Shown piece by piece: positions 41,678 through 54,622 of a stretch of DNA of 64,000 nt. Source of the DNA: Eledone cirrhosa (Eukaryota); contig OZ024755.1 of assembly GCA_964016885.1 (NCBI GenBank), forward strand, positions 37,882,001-37,946,000, written 5' to 3'. Within the stretch, counting starts at the first letter, position 1, and each line of letters begins with the position of its first letter. Position numbers and translations under genes: made by a program. The notes beneath the pieces were generated by a model. It saw nothing but the letters and a program-made list of their open reading frames with translations. It had not been told where the DNA came from and ran no database searches.

Positions 41678-43016
41678 ATATGAATGTATTCTGTAAACAT
41701 GTAACACAGGCTAACTCTGACAACTTCTGAGTATACATTCTTAGTAAATAAACAAACAATAAGCAAGTAGTTAGTCTGGGGAAGAGAATGGGGGGTGGGG
41801 AGAGAACTAATGGTGAATTACAAATATTGTTTTGCAGGAACTGTGAGGAGGAAGAGGAGCGTAGAACATGTGTAAGGTTTTAATGTGAATCCCTATTAAC
41901 TGTTGGTGTATTAGATTGAGTTATAAGGTCCTGGTTTTGATCCCATTGCATGGAATTTTGGGCCAGTGACATTTACCATCTAAAGTCTGTCTCGATAGGC
42001 CTGTGCTTATCCTGGTTTCCGTGGGGGAAAGTGACTGAGAGTATAAGACTTGACTTCCCCATAGACAAGACGCCAGTCCATTACAGGGTTAAACCACCAG
42101 GTATTGGTGGTACTTATTTTCAGCTGAGTAGACTGGACAAACGTGAAATGAAGTGTTTTGCTCAAGAACACAACACACAACCCAGTCCAGGAATCAAACC
42201 CACAACATTATGATCGTAAGTCCAACACTTCTGCCACTAGGCCACATGTTTCCATGCCATTTACCATAACCCTGAGTCAATACAAGCCTTGTGAATGAAA
42301 TTGGGTAGAAACTGTTTGGAGTTTATAGGGTGGACTGTACCTATATTTGGACCAATCTTGACATACATTATGTCATGCTGAAACCTTCTGGTATTACTGG
42401 TTCTTTATTTTATCGATCCTTACAGGGTCGATTAAATAAAGTACCAGTAATACACTGGGGTCAATTTATTATTGTCTCTGATGAGGAATCTACATCGTCA
42501 TATTTTTCTGAATAGGGGCCCATATTTGCTGTTTTTTAACCCCTTAGCATTTAAGCCAGCCATATCCGTCCAGAATTCTCTCAACTCTTTCTGTTCAAAC
42601 TGGCTGTAACCAGCCACTCATACTGATGTTAAGGTATTGTTCCCAAAATAAATAATATTGACATCTCATAGATTTGATATGTGAAATAATTATGTGAGGT
42701 AAAGCCTTTACCATGAACATATAATAGTATATATAGAGTAATGTAAATGTTATGTGAGATATTATGTGAGGTAAAGCATTTACTGTGAAAATACAATAGT
42801 ATATATAGAGTAATGTAAATGTTATGTGAGTTATTATGTGAGGTAAAGCCTTTACTGTGAAAATACAATAGTATATATAGCGTAATGTAAATGTTATGTG
42901 GGATATTATGTGAGGTAATGCCTTTATCATGAAAATATAATAGTATATAAAGAGTAATATAAATGTTATGAGATATTATGTGAGGTAAAGCCTTTACCAT
43001 GAAAATATAATAGTAT

Positions 43017-46000
43017 CATCATCATCACCGTTTTACGTCCGTTCTTCCACGCTAGCATGGGTTAGACGGGTTGTCCTGTTGTGGGCAGTGTCTGGTCGGC
43101 TGACCATGCCTTGCTCATACAGGAACTGATCTGGCTTGATTTCTACAGCTGGATGCCCTTCCTAACACCAACCTCATTTACAGTGAGTGCTGGGTGCTTT
43201 TTCGTGGCGCCTACACGTCCACTTTACAGTGTGGGCTGGGTGCTTTTTTGCCGTGGCACCTCCACGGCCACCTTGCGGTGGGGGGGGGGGGGGGGGGCAT
43301 ATTGTTTATATGCTTCAGCATGTACCCATGGGAGGTCGGGTACCCTGTATTACTGCGTGACGCCAGAAGTCACGGTCGTGTGTCATTGACTTTGAGAGGT
43401 GTAGTTGGGTAAGGTCGGCTTTTATCACCTCATCCCAAGTCATCTTGGGTCTCCCCACTCCGCGGTTTCCATCAACTTCTAGTGCTCTGCACCTTTTTAT
43501 GCAGCTGTCATCCTTCATACGCATCACATGTCCATACCAGCGTAACCGCCTCTCCTGCACGCAGCATTTGATTCCTCTTATGCTCAGTCTCTCTCTCAAT
43601 TCCTTTATGCTTTGTCGTTCACGTATATTACTGTTACACATCCATCGGAGCATGCAGGCTTCGTTTCTCTCTAATCTACGTAAGTCTTCCACCTTCAGCG
43701 CCCAGGTCTCACTACCATGCAACATCGCTGTTCGGATACACGCATCATACAGTCTGCCTTTCATTCTGAGGGAGAAGCCTTTTGCAGCTAGCAGTGGTAG
43801 TAGTTCCCTAAACTTCTTCCATCCCGTTCTTACCCTAGTTATTGTACTTTCTGAGCACCCACCTCCGTTGCTAATTCGGTCACCTAGGTAGCAGAAGCTG
43901 TCTACTGTTTCTACAGGGCCCTCCCAGAGATTGGTGGTACTTGTTTCCTGTGGCTGTTTGCTTGCTGTTTCAGCACAGCTGCTGCATGTGAATCCTACAT
44001 TCTTAATTAAGCTTCCTGAGATCCCGCTACATCTCTTGTGTACCCATTGTTTGCATTTGGGGCAGAGAATGGGGTTCCTACCTACACCTTTCCTACATAC
44101 TGAGCAAGGCCATTTCCCTGAGGGGATCTGGGTTCTGTTTTCTCGTCTACTTACAAGGACCTTAGTCTTTGTCATGTTGACTTTGAGGCCCTTTCTCTCT
44201 AGTCCCTGCTTCCAGGTTTGGAATTTATTCTCTAGTTCTACCATAGATTCAGCTATGAGTGCGAGGTCATCAGCATACAGGAGTTCCCATGGGCATCCGG
44301 TCTAAAACTCCTCCGTTATTGCCTGCAGGACTATGATGAACAGGAGAGGGCTAAGAACAGAGCCCTGGTGGACCCCAACCTGTACGCTAAATTCCTCGCT
44401 ATACTCATTGCCAATCCTAACTTTGCTGACTGCTCCCCTATACATGGCTTGTACCGCTTTCACAAGCCATTCATCTACTCCTAGTTTTCTAAGAGCCCAC
44501 CAGATTACTGCACGTGGAACTCTGTCAAAGGCTTTCTCAAGGTCGACAAATGCCAAGTAGAGTGGCTTACTTTTAGCTAGGTACTTTTCCTGTAATTGCC
44601 TCACAAGGAAGAGGGCATCAGTGGTGCCTTTTCCTGGTACAAACCCAAATTGCATCTCGTCTATATTCACCCGGTCCCTAATCAGCTGTGCTATAACTCT
44701 TTCTGTTACTTTCATGACCTGGTCCATCAACTTTATACCTCTATAGTTTCCTCTATCTAGTGCATCGCCTTTACCTTTGTAGCAGTTGACAATGATGCTA
44801 CTGCACCAATCTTTTGGTATGGCCCCCTCTAGTATTACCTGGTTAACGATACGTGTGGTTATAGTGTGACCTACAGACCCAGATGCCTTCAGCATCTCGG
44901 CAGCTATACCCGATGGACCGGTTGCCTTCCCTATCTTCATATCTCTGATTGCCTTACTTACTACGCTGCCGCTGACTTGTACTGCTGGTCCCTCTATAGG
45001 GTCTACGTGGGGTAGGGTCTCTTCTTCCCATGCATTCTCCTCATTTAGTAATCTATCATAATGACTCTTCCATGCATCTTTCTTCTCAGCACTTGTGAGG
45101 GCAAGCTCACCTTTATCATTCCGGATACACTTCTCTCCAATGACATCACAACTATCTCTGACACACTGCCTCGCAATCTTGAATACCTCCTGTTTCTGGT
45201 CCTCACGTTGTAAAACATGCTTGAATTTTCTATCCTCTGCTTCCCTCCTAGCTAAGTATACTTGTCGCCTAGCTTCCCTCTTGGTCTCTATGTAATGTAC
45301 CCTGCTCCCCCCGTTCTTCCATTCTTTCCATGCCTGTCTCTTGGCCTTGACTGCTTCATCTACCTTATTGTTCCACCACCAAGTCACTCTCCTTCTGCTT
45401 GAGGTCTTACTCCAGCCACAAACCTCATCCGTCGCCTCTAGTAAGTTATTTTTTAGGAACTCCCAGTTCTCTTCTACGTTAAATGTCTCTATCTGTTCTT
45501 CTTTACTGTCGTAGGCGTTGAGTAAAATATCTTTAAATCTGTTACTGGTTGAGGGGACTTTCAGCTTCCAGATCTTTCTTCTCCAGGTTGGCCTCTGTTT
45601 CAGGGCTCGTCTAGTTCTGACCGTGAGGTCGCTGACAACTAAGCTATGTTGGGATGTACATTCCTCACTAGGGAAGGCTTTTGTGTTTACGACCGTCCAT
45701 CTGTCACGTCCTCTGATGAGGATAAAATCTAACTGACTAGAGTGCTCCCCTGATCTATAGGTGATCAGGTGGTTGTCGGGTTTTTTAAAGTTTGTGTTAC
45801 ATATCGACATGTCATTGGCGTCGCAGAATTCTAGAAGTCTGAATCCTTCCTCATTCCTTGTGCCAACTCCATGGCCTCCATGTACTCTATTGAAGCCGTC
45901 GCAGTGTTTACCTACGTGTCCGTTAAAATCTCCTGCAATGATTAGGAAGTCCTTGTCGTCTGTTAGAGCAGTAGTGTGTATTAGGGACTCGTAAAACCTA

Positions 46001-47239
46001 TCCTTAAGTTCGTCTGGCAGCCCCGATTGGGGTGCGTAAGCTGATATTATTGTGGTAATTGTCTTATTCAGGACTAGTCTAAGTTTAATGATTCTTGCAT
46101 TTACCCTGTACACTGAGATTACTTTATCTACCCACTTGTCAGCTAACAGTATACCTACACCACCCATCCCATCGTCATTTCCCACCCAGAAAAATTTGTA
46201 GCACTGGCTTTTTCCTACAAGGACTCTAGCAGACCCTCCTCTCCATCTAGTCTCTTGCACACAGCATACATCAACTTCCTTTCGCTCTAGCATTTCTACG
46301 ATTTCTCCTGCTCTTCCTTTCATTGAGCCTACATTGATGGTACCAACTCGGAGTTTTGGGCATTTGTCGACACTCGTAGGGGAGGGTCTCTGGGTTGGCG
46401 CTTCACGTGGGTGCTTGGTAGCTCGCAGATTCATATTTCATCTATTGATTCAGAGTTGCTCGTGTATTCCCAGCTCATCCATCCATAACGGTGGGAAAAT
46501 TGAGGGCTAGAAGAACAGTGGTGGTGGGGTGTGTTGGGATGCGCCAGAGGAGGAGAGAGTTAGTTAGGCAGGTAGTAGCAGCAGCAGTGGAAATGGCATG
46601 CTAGGTTTGATTGGTCGAATAGACTATGGTGGTGTGTGGGGGTGGGGGGGAGGGAAATTGTAAGGTAGGACTGAGGGTCGCATGGTAAATATCCAAGTTA
46701 ATAAGTTAATACTACATCAGTAAAATTAACAATAATAATGTCATGAAAAAAACTACTAAGAGAAACCCTAGAAAATTTATCGCTAATACAGCAGGGAAAA
46801 TTTAACGCTAATACAGCAGGGAACATCATAATATTAACGACAATATGTAGGCTAAAATACCTTCGTAGATTAGATGGATGGCTGGAATAATTGGAGTCAG
46901 CTCTAGTGATACATTTTAGCAGAGAAGAATGGGAAAGTATCTTATCTCTTCAATATTTTCAGATTGAATGAATTAGGTTAAAGACAGGGTAGTAAGCCTT
47001 AAAGAAGTGCATAGAGAGGGGGGGGGGGTAGGAACTGAGGGTCGCATGGTAAATAACAGAGAGAGATACAATAGGATTAGAATACCGCATGGTAAATATC
47101 CAAGTTAATAAGTTAATACTACATCAGTAAAATTAACAATAATAACGTCATGAAAAAAACTACTAAGAGAAACCCTAGAAAATTTATCGCTAATACAGCA
47201 GGGAAAATTTAACGCTAATACAGCAGGGAACATCATAAT
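43017..47239 (-). mobile_element. Near full-length RTE-clade LINE (~4.2 kb)
   Basis: 5' UTR, single APE-RT ORF, 3' UTR, (GAT)n tail; short ATAGTAT duplication at both junctions. Confidence 0.92.
43315..46434 (-). pseudogene. RTE polyprotein: AP endonuclease, reverse transcriptase and Cys/His finger, with one in-frame TAG at 44302-44304
   Basis: APE motifs GTINVG, CVQETRW, SAYAPQ, AGDFNGHVG, QLDFIL; RT motifs NYRGIKL, FVDLEKAFDRV, GVHQGSVLSPLLF, LLYADD; WPCSVC..CPKCKQWVHKRC..CSSC. The 710-aa and 309-aa ORFs share one frame; the sister copy near 27516 has AAG at this codon. Confidence 0.93.
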
Positions 47240-48136
47240 ATAGTATATATAGAGTAATGTAAATGTTATGTGAGATATTATGTGAGGTAAAGCCTTTACC
47301 ATGAAAATACAATAATGTATATAGAGTAATGTAAATGTTATGTGAGATAATTATGTGAGGTAAAGCCTTTACCATGAACATATAATAGTATATATATAGT
47401 AATGTAAATGTTATGTGGGATATTATGTGAGGTAATGCCTTTACCATGAACATATAATAGTATATATAGAGTAATGTAAATGTTATGTGAGATATTATGT
47501 GAGGTAAAGCCTTTACCATGAAAATATAATAGTATATATAGAGTAATGTAAATGTTATGTGAGATATTATGTGAGGTAAATCCTTTACCATGAAAATACA
47601 ATAATGTATATAGAGTAACGTAAATGTTATGTGGGATATTATGTGAGGTAAAGCCTTTACCATGAACATATAATAGTATATATAGAGTAATGTAAATGTT
47701 AAAGGGTTAAACTCCTCACTTGCACCTTTCCTGAGCTGTTCTGTTGATTGAACATTGGAACACTGATCATTGAAACTGATATAAGTCTATTACTTTAGAT
47801 TGTTAGTTTTGTAATTTCTGCATCAGTACACAAGACTAAAGTGACTGTGTTAAACCAGGAAAACGGTTATCAACATTGCTGCTTAACTTACTAGAAATAG
47901 CAGCCAAATCTTCTTCTGTCTTTCATCCTTTTGTAAAATAAAGGACCAGTCCAAAGTAATGGGGTTAGTGGAATTGTGACAGCTTCTGGTGAGATGCCTG
48001 GCAGTATTTGTTCCGACTCTTTCCATACTGAGTTCAAATTTCACTGTGGCTTACTTTGGTGGTAGGTTTAATCTGTTGCTCAGTTTAACGCCTGCACTTG
48101 CTTCTCATCCCAGGTCTCTTTGAGGATATCTTCCTT

Positions 48137-48825
48137 GTACTATATATATGCTTGTGTACTATATATGTACTATATATATGCTTGTGTACTATATATGTAC
48201 TATATATATGCTTGTGTACTATATATGTACTATATATATGCTTGTGTACTATATATGTACTATATATATGCTTGTGTACTATATATATACTATATATATG
48301 CTTGTGTACTATATATGTACTATATATATGCTTGTGTACTATATATGTACTATATATATGCTTGTGTACTATATATGTACTATATATATGCTTGTGTACT
48401 ATATATGTACTATATATATGCTTGTGTACTATATATGTACTATATATATGCTTGTGTACTATATATGTACTATATATATGCTTGTGTACTATATATGTAC
48501 TATATATATGCTTGTGTACTATATATGTACTATATATATGCTTGTGTACTATATATGTACTATATATATGCTTGTGTACTATATATGTACTATATATATG
48601 CTTGTGTACTATATATGTACTATATATATGCTTGTGTACTATATATGTACTATATATATGCTTGTGTACTATATATGTACTATATATATGCTTGTGTACT
48701 ATATATGTACTATATATATGCTTGTGTACTATATATGTACTATATATATGCTTGTGTACTATATATGTACTATATATATGCTTGTGTACTATATATGTAC
48801 TATATATATGCTTGTGTACTATATA
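48137..48825. repeat. Highly homogeneous 30-bp minisatellite (GTACTATATATATGCTTGTGTACTATATAT)n, about 23 copies
   Basis: Direct sequence; one variant unit seen. Confidence 0.97.
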
Positions 48826-48844
48826 TATATATTATATATATATA

Positions 48845-49447
48845 ATTGTTTCTACTTTAGGCACAAGGCCAGCAAATACCCAGTGCATTACTGGTACTAC
48901 TTTATTTTATCGACCCCGTAAGGATGAAAAGCAAAGTCAACCTCGGCGGGATTTGAACTCAGACCGTAAAGGGACGTAACTATGCTGGAAAGTATGGCGT
49001 CCGACCCTCTACTGATACTGCCAATCCACTGCCCTTACTATATATATATAATTGTTTCTACGTTAGGCACAAGGCCAGCAATTACCCAGTGCATTACTGG
49101 TACTTTATTTTATCGACCCCGTAAGGATGAAAGGCAAAGTTAACCTCGGCGGGATTTGAACTCAGAATGGCAAGGGCCGTAACTCTATACGTCAAAGCAT
49201 GGCGTCAGACCCTCTCCCAATACTGCCAATCCACCGCCTTTACTATATATATATATAATGGCGGTGGATTGGCAGTATCAGTAGAGGGTCAGATGCCATG
49301 CTTTCCAGCATAGTTACGTCCCTTTACGGCCTGAGTTCAAATCCCGCCGAGGTTGACTTTGCTTTTCATCCTTACGGGGTCGATAAAATAAAGTAGTACC
49401 AGTAATGCACTGGGTAATTGCTGGCCTTGTGCCAAAAGTAGAAACAA
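48845..49447. mobile_element. Cluster of three Nin/Deu-like SINEs (-, -, +)
   Basis: Copies near 48845-49033, 49050-49238 and 49259-49447. Confidence 0.85.
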
Positions 49448-49454
49448 CTATATA

Positions 49455-49785
49455 TCTGCTTCAGCTTCAGCCTGTACCCGTGGGAAGACAGATCTTCTGT
49501 ATTACAACATAGCGCCAGAGATGTCAGTCCTGCATAATCGTCTCTGAGAGGTGCAATTGAGCAAGGTCAGCTTTTATCACCTCATCCCAAGTCTTCCTGG
49601 GTCTCCCCACTCCAAGGCTTCCATTGACTTTGAGCGCTCTGCATCTTTTTATACAGCTGCCATCCATCACATGTCCATACCAACGCAATCTCTTCTCCTG
49701 CACACAGCATCTGATTCCTCTTATGCCTAGTTTCTCTCTGTTTGTTTATGCTTTGCAATTCACATATATTACCAGTACACATCCA
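49455..49785 (-). mobile_element. Decayed RTE 3' fragment
   Basis: LGIRGIRCCVQEKRLRWYGHV on the minus strand. Confidence 0.75.
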
Positions 49786-49939
49786 ACACGCACACACTCA
49801 CGCACACACACACACACACATATATATATACATACATATATATATTAAATTAAAATGTTGAGTTAAAAACTCACAATATTCCCTTAAAATCAAAAAATAA
49901 GCTCAAGGAAGAAATTCTGAGCTCTTTATGACTCAGTAA

Positions 49940-49993
<54 letters not shown>

Positions 49994-50059
49994 GTGTGTG
50001 TGTTCAAATAATAAGGGATATAACATATATATGTGTGTGTGTTTCTCCCTTTACTGTGT

Positions 50060-50114
<55 letters not shown>

Positions 50115-50205
50115 AATATTTGCTCTAGGGTTCTTATATATTTGATATATACTTATCCTTATCAAGCCCTCTTTGGATTTTAGTCTTCAGATTTATTATT
50201 ATTAC

Positions 50206-50236
<31 letters not shown>

Positions 50237-50360
50237 CATCATCATCATCATCATCATCACCGTTTTACGTCCGTTCTTCCACGCTAGCATGGGTTAGACG
50301 GGTTGTCCTGTTGTGGGCAGTGTCTGGTCGGCTGACCATGCCTTGCTCATACAGGAAATG

Positions 50361-50397
<37 letters not shown>

Positions 50398-50405
50398 GTA
50401 TATAT

Positions 50406-50954
50406 ATATGATAAAAATAGTCCTTCGTCAGTGATTTTCCAACCATCATTGGTATTTCATCGCATTAAAAATCAGATACCTCAGGTTGGTGTGAGCAATA
50501 ACTAAAATAAGTTATTGGGACCAGAATTTGTGTAAGGCGAGGGGGACAAGTAAACAACATAGAGGGATAAAAGTAAACTGAAGATAGGAAAATAAACAAG
50601 CAACATGGTTGTCCGGTCAGCATAAGCTGGGTGGATTTCATGAGCGAGAGAGGTACAGACCGTGTTGATGTGTGTGAGATGTGAGCAAGAAGTGACCCAC
50701 ACAAGCCAAACGGGAGGAAGTGAGAAGGGGAGAAACAGAGAGTGAGTGAGTGGAAGTGTGAGGAAGAGGTCAGTCGAGAGAAAGTGTAACTGACAGAGGG
50801 GGCGAAAGAAGGTGAGAGAAACAGAGAGAGCGGGGAAGCAGTAAGAGAGAAACAGAAAAACGCAGCCGAGGTAAATATATATAAAAAACATAAGAAGAAA
50901 GAAGAATACTGCGTGGTTTGCACATGGGTTACATATGATAAAAATAGTCCTTCG
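50406..50954 (-). mobile_element. Terminally redundant 527-bp unit (retrozyme/Penelope-like) in (TA)n carrying a split, permuted HHR-like motif
   Basis: 22-bp direct repeat ATATGATAAAAATAGTCCTTCG at 50406-50427 and 50933-50954; homologous to 54623-54988. Confidence 0.7.
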
Positions 50955-50957
50955 ATA

Positions 50958-51010
<53 letters not shown>

Positions 51011-51739
51011 GTATAGTTATTATAGTATATATTTCCAGGTTGTATAGTTATTATAGTATATATTTTTAGTTTATTTGATTTTAAGGACTTTTAACTAAAT
51101 AACTAGATACCGAGTTGGCCCTTTTGTGACTCTATTTTAATGAAATATACTCTGTTTCAATTCATTAAAACCATTATTACAAATGTAGTAACTTAACAAA
51201 TAGTTCTTAGAAAGAATTATGCTGAGAGATTTTAATTTCAAAAGGAACCCTTTAAAATGGGTGGTTTTGTTTCAAAGAACCAAAGCCAGTTTTGGCTAGG
51301 TTGGTATCAAAAGGGTTAAAGTCTGTCTCATCAGACAGTAATTTATCCTGATTCCATTAGCATTTAGAGACTGAGGGTGCAAGACTCTCCCTTGAAAAGG
51401 ACACCAGTACATCACAAAGTTAACCTCCAGATAATGCTGGTACTTATTTTTTCAGCCAAGTGGTCTCAGGGGAGCAACATAAAATGAAGTATCTTGTTTC
51501 ATAAACTCAACATATTGCCTAATCTGGGAATCAAACTCACAACCTTATCACTGTGAGACTAAGATGTTAACCATAGGGCCACACAACAAACTATATATGA
51601 ATTCAGTTTAAAATATTCTACTTTTTCTAGTTTTCCCTGTATCTCTAATCTCCATCTATTCTAAACATTGTATAACTGGAGGGGGGGGGGCATTGAAACT
51701 CATTTTATAGATGGTTATTTGCTGACAGTCTTTTATAGA

Positions 51740-52136
51740 ACACACCCTTACACACACACACACACACCCTTACACATACACACCCTTACACATACACACA
51801 CACACCCTTACGCACACACACACCCTTGCACACACACACCCTTACACACACACACACCCTTACACACACACACACCCTTACACATACACACCCTTACACC
51901 CACACCCTTACACACACACACACTTACACACACACCCTTACACCCCCCATACACTCTTACACATCCACACACACCCTTACCCCCCACACACAGAACGCCT
52001 TACACACTCACCTTTGTATCCTTATGCAACCATATACTATACCAGCAATTCTTTATGCACTCACACACACCCACACATACATCCTTACACACTCACTCCT
52101 TACATACTTACACACACATACATACCCTTATACACT

Positions 52137-52171
<35 letters not shown>

Positions 52172-52258
52172 CTTACCCATTTATCCCTTTCATACACACC
52201 CTTACACTCTTATGCACTCACACATACCCTTACACACTCTTACACCCTTACACCCTTT
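51740..52258. repeat. (CA)n / CACCCTTA low-complexity minisatellite
   Basis: Direct sequence. Confidence 0.85.
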
Positions 52259-54011
52259 CCTTAACCTGAGAAGAAATTGTCAGCACACAAGTTATCTCTT
52301 AGTATGTTTTCTACTATATCTTGCCTGTTTATCATTGGGTTTGATGAAGAAATTAGATAAATTCATATACAAAGTGGCTTTAATTCACAAGATAGTCTTA
52401 TATTCTTGGAAGGATTTCAACTCAAAACTCTCAACAGCCAATTATATATAATTAGTAACTGTGTTAAAAAGACAAATATTTATTTTTTACTGTAAATATG
52501 TTTCACTGATTTATAAACAACTTTGAATGTTTCCAGTTATATAATGGAAACAAATTGTAATGCATGTTAGATATTATAAGCACAGATCTGTGAAGGGGGC
52601 CCGCCCACTAAAAAAACCAACAGCTCTACTGATGGCACTGGTGAAGGCATGTGGTATAATGATTAGGGTATTTGGGTCATGACCATAAGGTCATGGGTTT
52701 AATTTCTGGACTAGTCACTGTGTAATGTTCTTGAGCAAGACACTTCACTTAACATTGCTTTCCATGACAAAACTGAGGTTCCTATCATGAAAATATCCAA
52801 GAAACCTCTGATGGGATACAGCCTCTTTGGAGACCGGTTAAATCTGCATAGGTGGGAGTTATAATTTTCATTTTTCATTTCACTGATTGGACTGAAATTA
52901 GGTATAGTACCTAATTTCAGTCATGAAAGGTCAGAGGTACCAAGTAAAATTTTGAAAAGTGAAACAAAATTACTTTCTAGGCTCAGTAGGGAGAAGAGGC
53001 TTTTGCTCAAAAGTCAATATTGGTGAGGGTTTTGAGCAATGTTACCTCAAATGTTTGACAATCACTTAGTGGAATGTTTGTTAAAATACTTTAAATTCAA
53101 AGCTACTGCACAGCAACATTTTGATAAACTTAGCACCAGGTAAAGCTGCTACTTCTCTGAATTTGGAGACCACAGCTCCAATACTATGGACATGTGGTTA
53201 GAATGTCTTGGGAAAGAATCGCTGGCCAGATATTATGGGCAAAATCAACTGGCAGTAGACCCTGAGCAAGATGGCTGGATAATGCCCATTAGCTCAGCTG
53301 GTCCTGTTTGAATGCAGCCAGATCAATTGGAGATGGTTACGTCTGACAGGACCCACTGGAAGACATGCTTGAGGACTCCTGTCCCCATGATCCTCCCAGG
53401 AATAAGTGGACAGAGAAGAAGTGGCATCTATACAGAGGCCATGTGGTTGCTCATCTGCACAGATAAGAGGGAATGTTGTGTGTCAGTCATTAGTTCTTCC
53501 TTGACTCCTCACCAATGTACTGGTTGTAACCAGCCCTGGTTACATAGGAAATAGTAAATATAAGGATCGAGTTCCTAACAATCTTAGCTGTTAATTCAGA
53601 AAGAAATTATTTCATCCAATCTGCAAGAGATCAGAAAGATTGTTCATTGTTGTGGTTGATTCTCAGACAGTCTTAAGAGCCGGGTTTAAGTTCAGAACTT
53701 CAGTGAAGGCCACTTTTTCCCTACAAAAACAAAGCCTATACTCTGTTCACATCTATTGAGTACTCATTCAGTTACTGTTTTACTGCTTCTGTGTATCTTT
53801 ATACATAAAACACTTCCAATGTGTGTGTGCGTGCGTGGTTTATGTTGTGACAGCCTCAAGGCAGTTTTGTATGCACTTTTTGTGGAATAACTATATATAT
53901 ATATATATGACAAAGGTGTGGTAAAATACCAGGTGGACCATAACACACCAGAGTACTCAATACTCCGGCCGTTTCGACAGCGGATCTAGCTGTCGGGGTC
54001 CTGACTCTTTT

Positions 54012-54042
<31 letters not shown>

Positions 54043-54046
<4 letters not shown>

Positions 54047-54356
54047 TCATTTTATGTCCGCTTTTCCCTGCTTGCAAGGGTGGGACAGGAACTGATTCTG
54101 GCTTGATTTCTACAGCTGGATGCCCTTCCTAACACCAACCTCGTTTACAGTGAGTGCTGGGTGCTTTTTTTTCTGTGGCACCTCCATGTCCCCTTTGTAG
54201 TGGGGTTCCTATCATCTCATTTCTACAGCTGAGTAAACTGGAACAATGTGAAATAAAGTGTCTTGCTCAAGGAAACAACACATCACCCGGTCTGAGAATT
54301 GAACTCACAATCTTTTGATTGCAAGGCCAATGCTCTAACCACTAAGCCATGTGCCT
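54043..54356 (-). mobile_element. CORE-type tRNA SINE
   Basis: Same family as 386-857. Confidence 0.85.
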
Positions 54357-54400
54357 CTCTCTCTCTATATATATATATTTATCATCATCATCATCATCAT

Positions 54401-54437
<37 letters not shown>

Positions 54438-54622
54438 TTCAAATTCCGTTAGTGTAATCAATTAAATTGATTGTTCAACAAGAACCAAAGACCACATACA
54501 GTAGTGTTTACTCAACATACAAATTATTCCAATTGGTAGATCCTGTGGTAGTTACATAGATTCCACTCATCTGGATTATGGTATTCTTAACAATATTTTT
54601 GTAATTATATATATATATATAT

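Larger units (their letters stand above)
42540..47706. mobile_element. piggyBac-like MITE A expanded by a 72-bp internal satellite and split by the RTE insertion
   Basis: TTAA|CCCCTTAGCATTTA at 42536 and AAATGTTAAAGGG|TTAA at 47710; 72-bp units at 42680-43016 and 47240-47700. Confidence 0.8.

Noticed and set aside
41838-41871. Possible 34-nt host micro-exon (ttttgcag|...NCEEEEERRTC|gtaagg)
   Set aside because: Splice-like flanks, but too short to distinguish from chance; no partner exons identified; needs RNA-seq
51740-52258. Interstitial telomeric repeat
   Set aside because: Motif is CCCTTA dispersed in (CA)n, not tandem CCCTAA
54520-54580. Degenerate HHR on minus (CAGATGA-GTGG...CCAC-AGGA)
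   Set aside because: Both core strands are mutated and there is only one copy; not supportable
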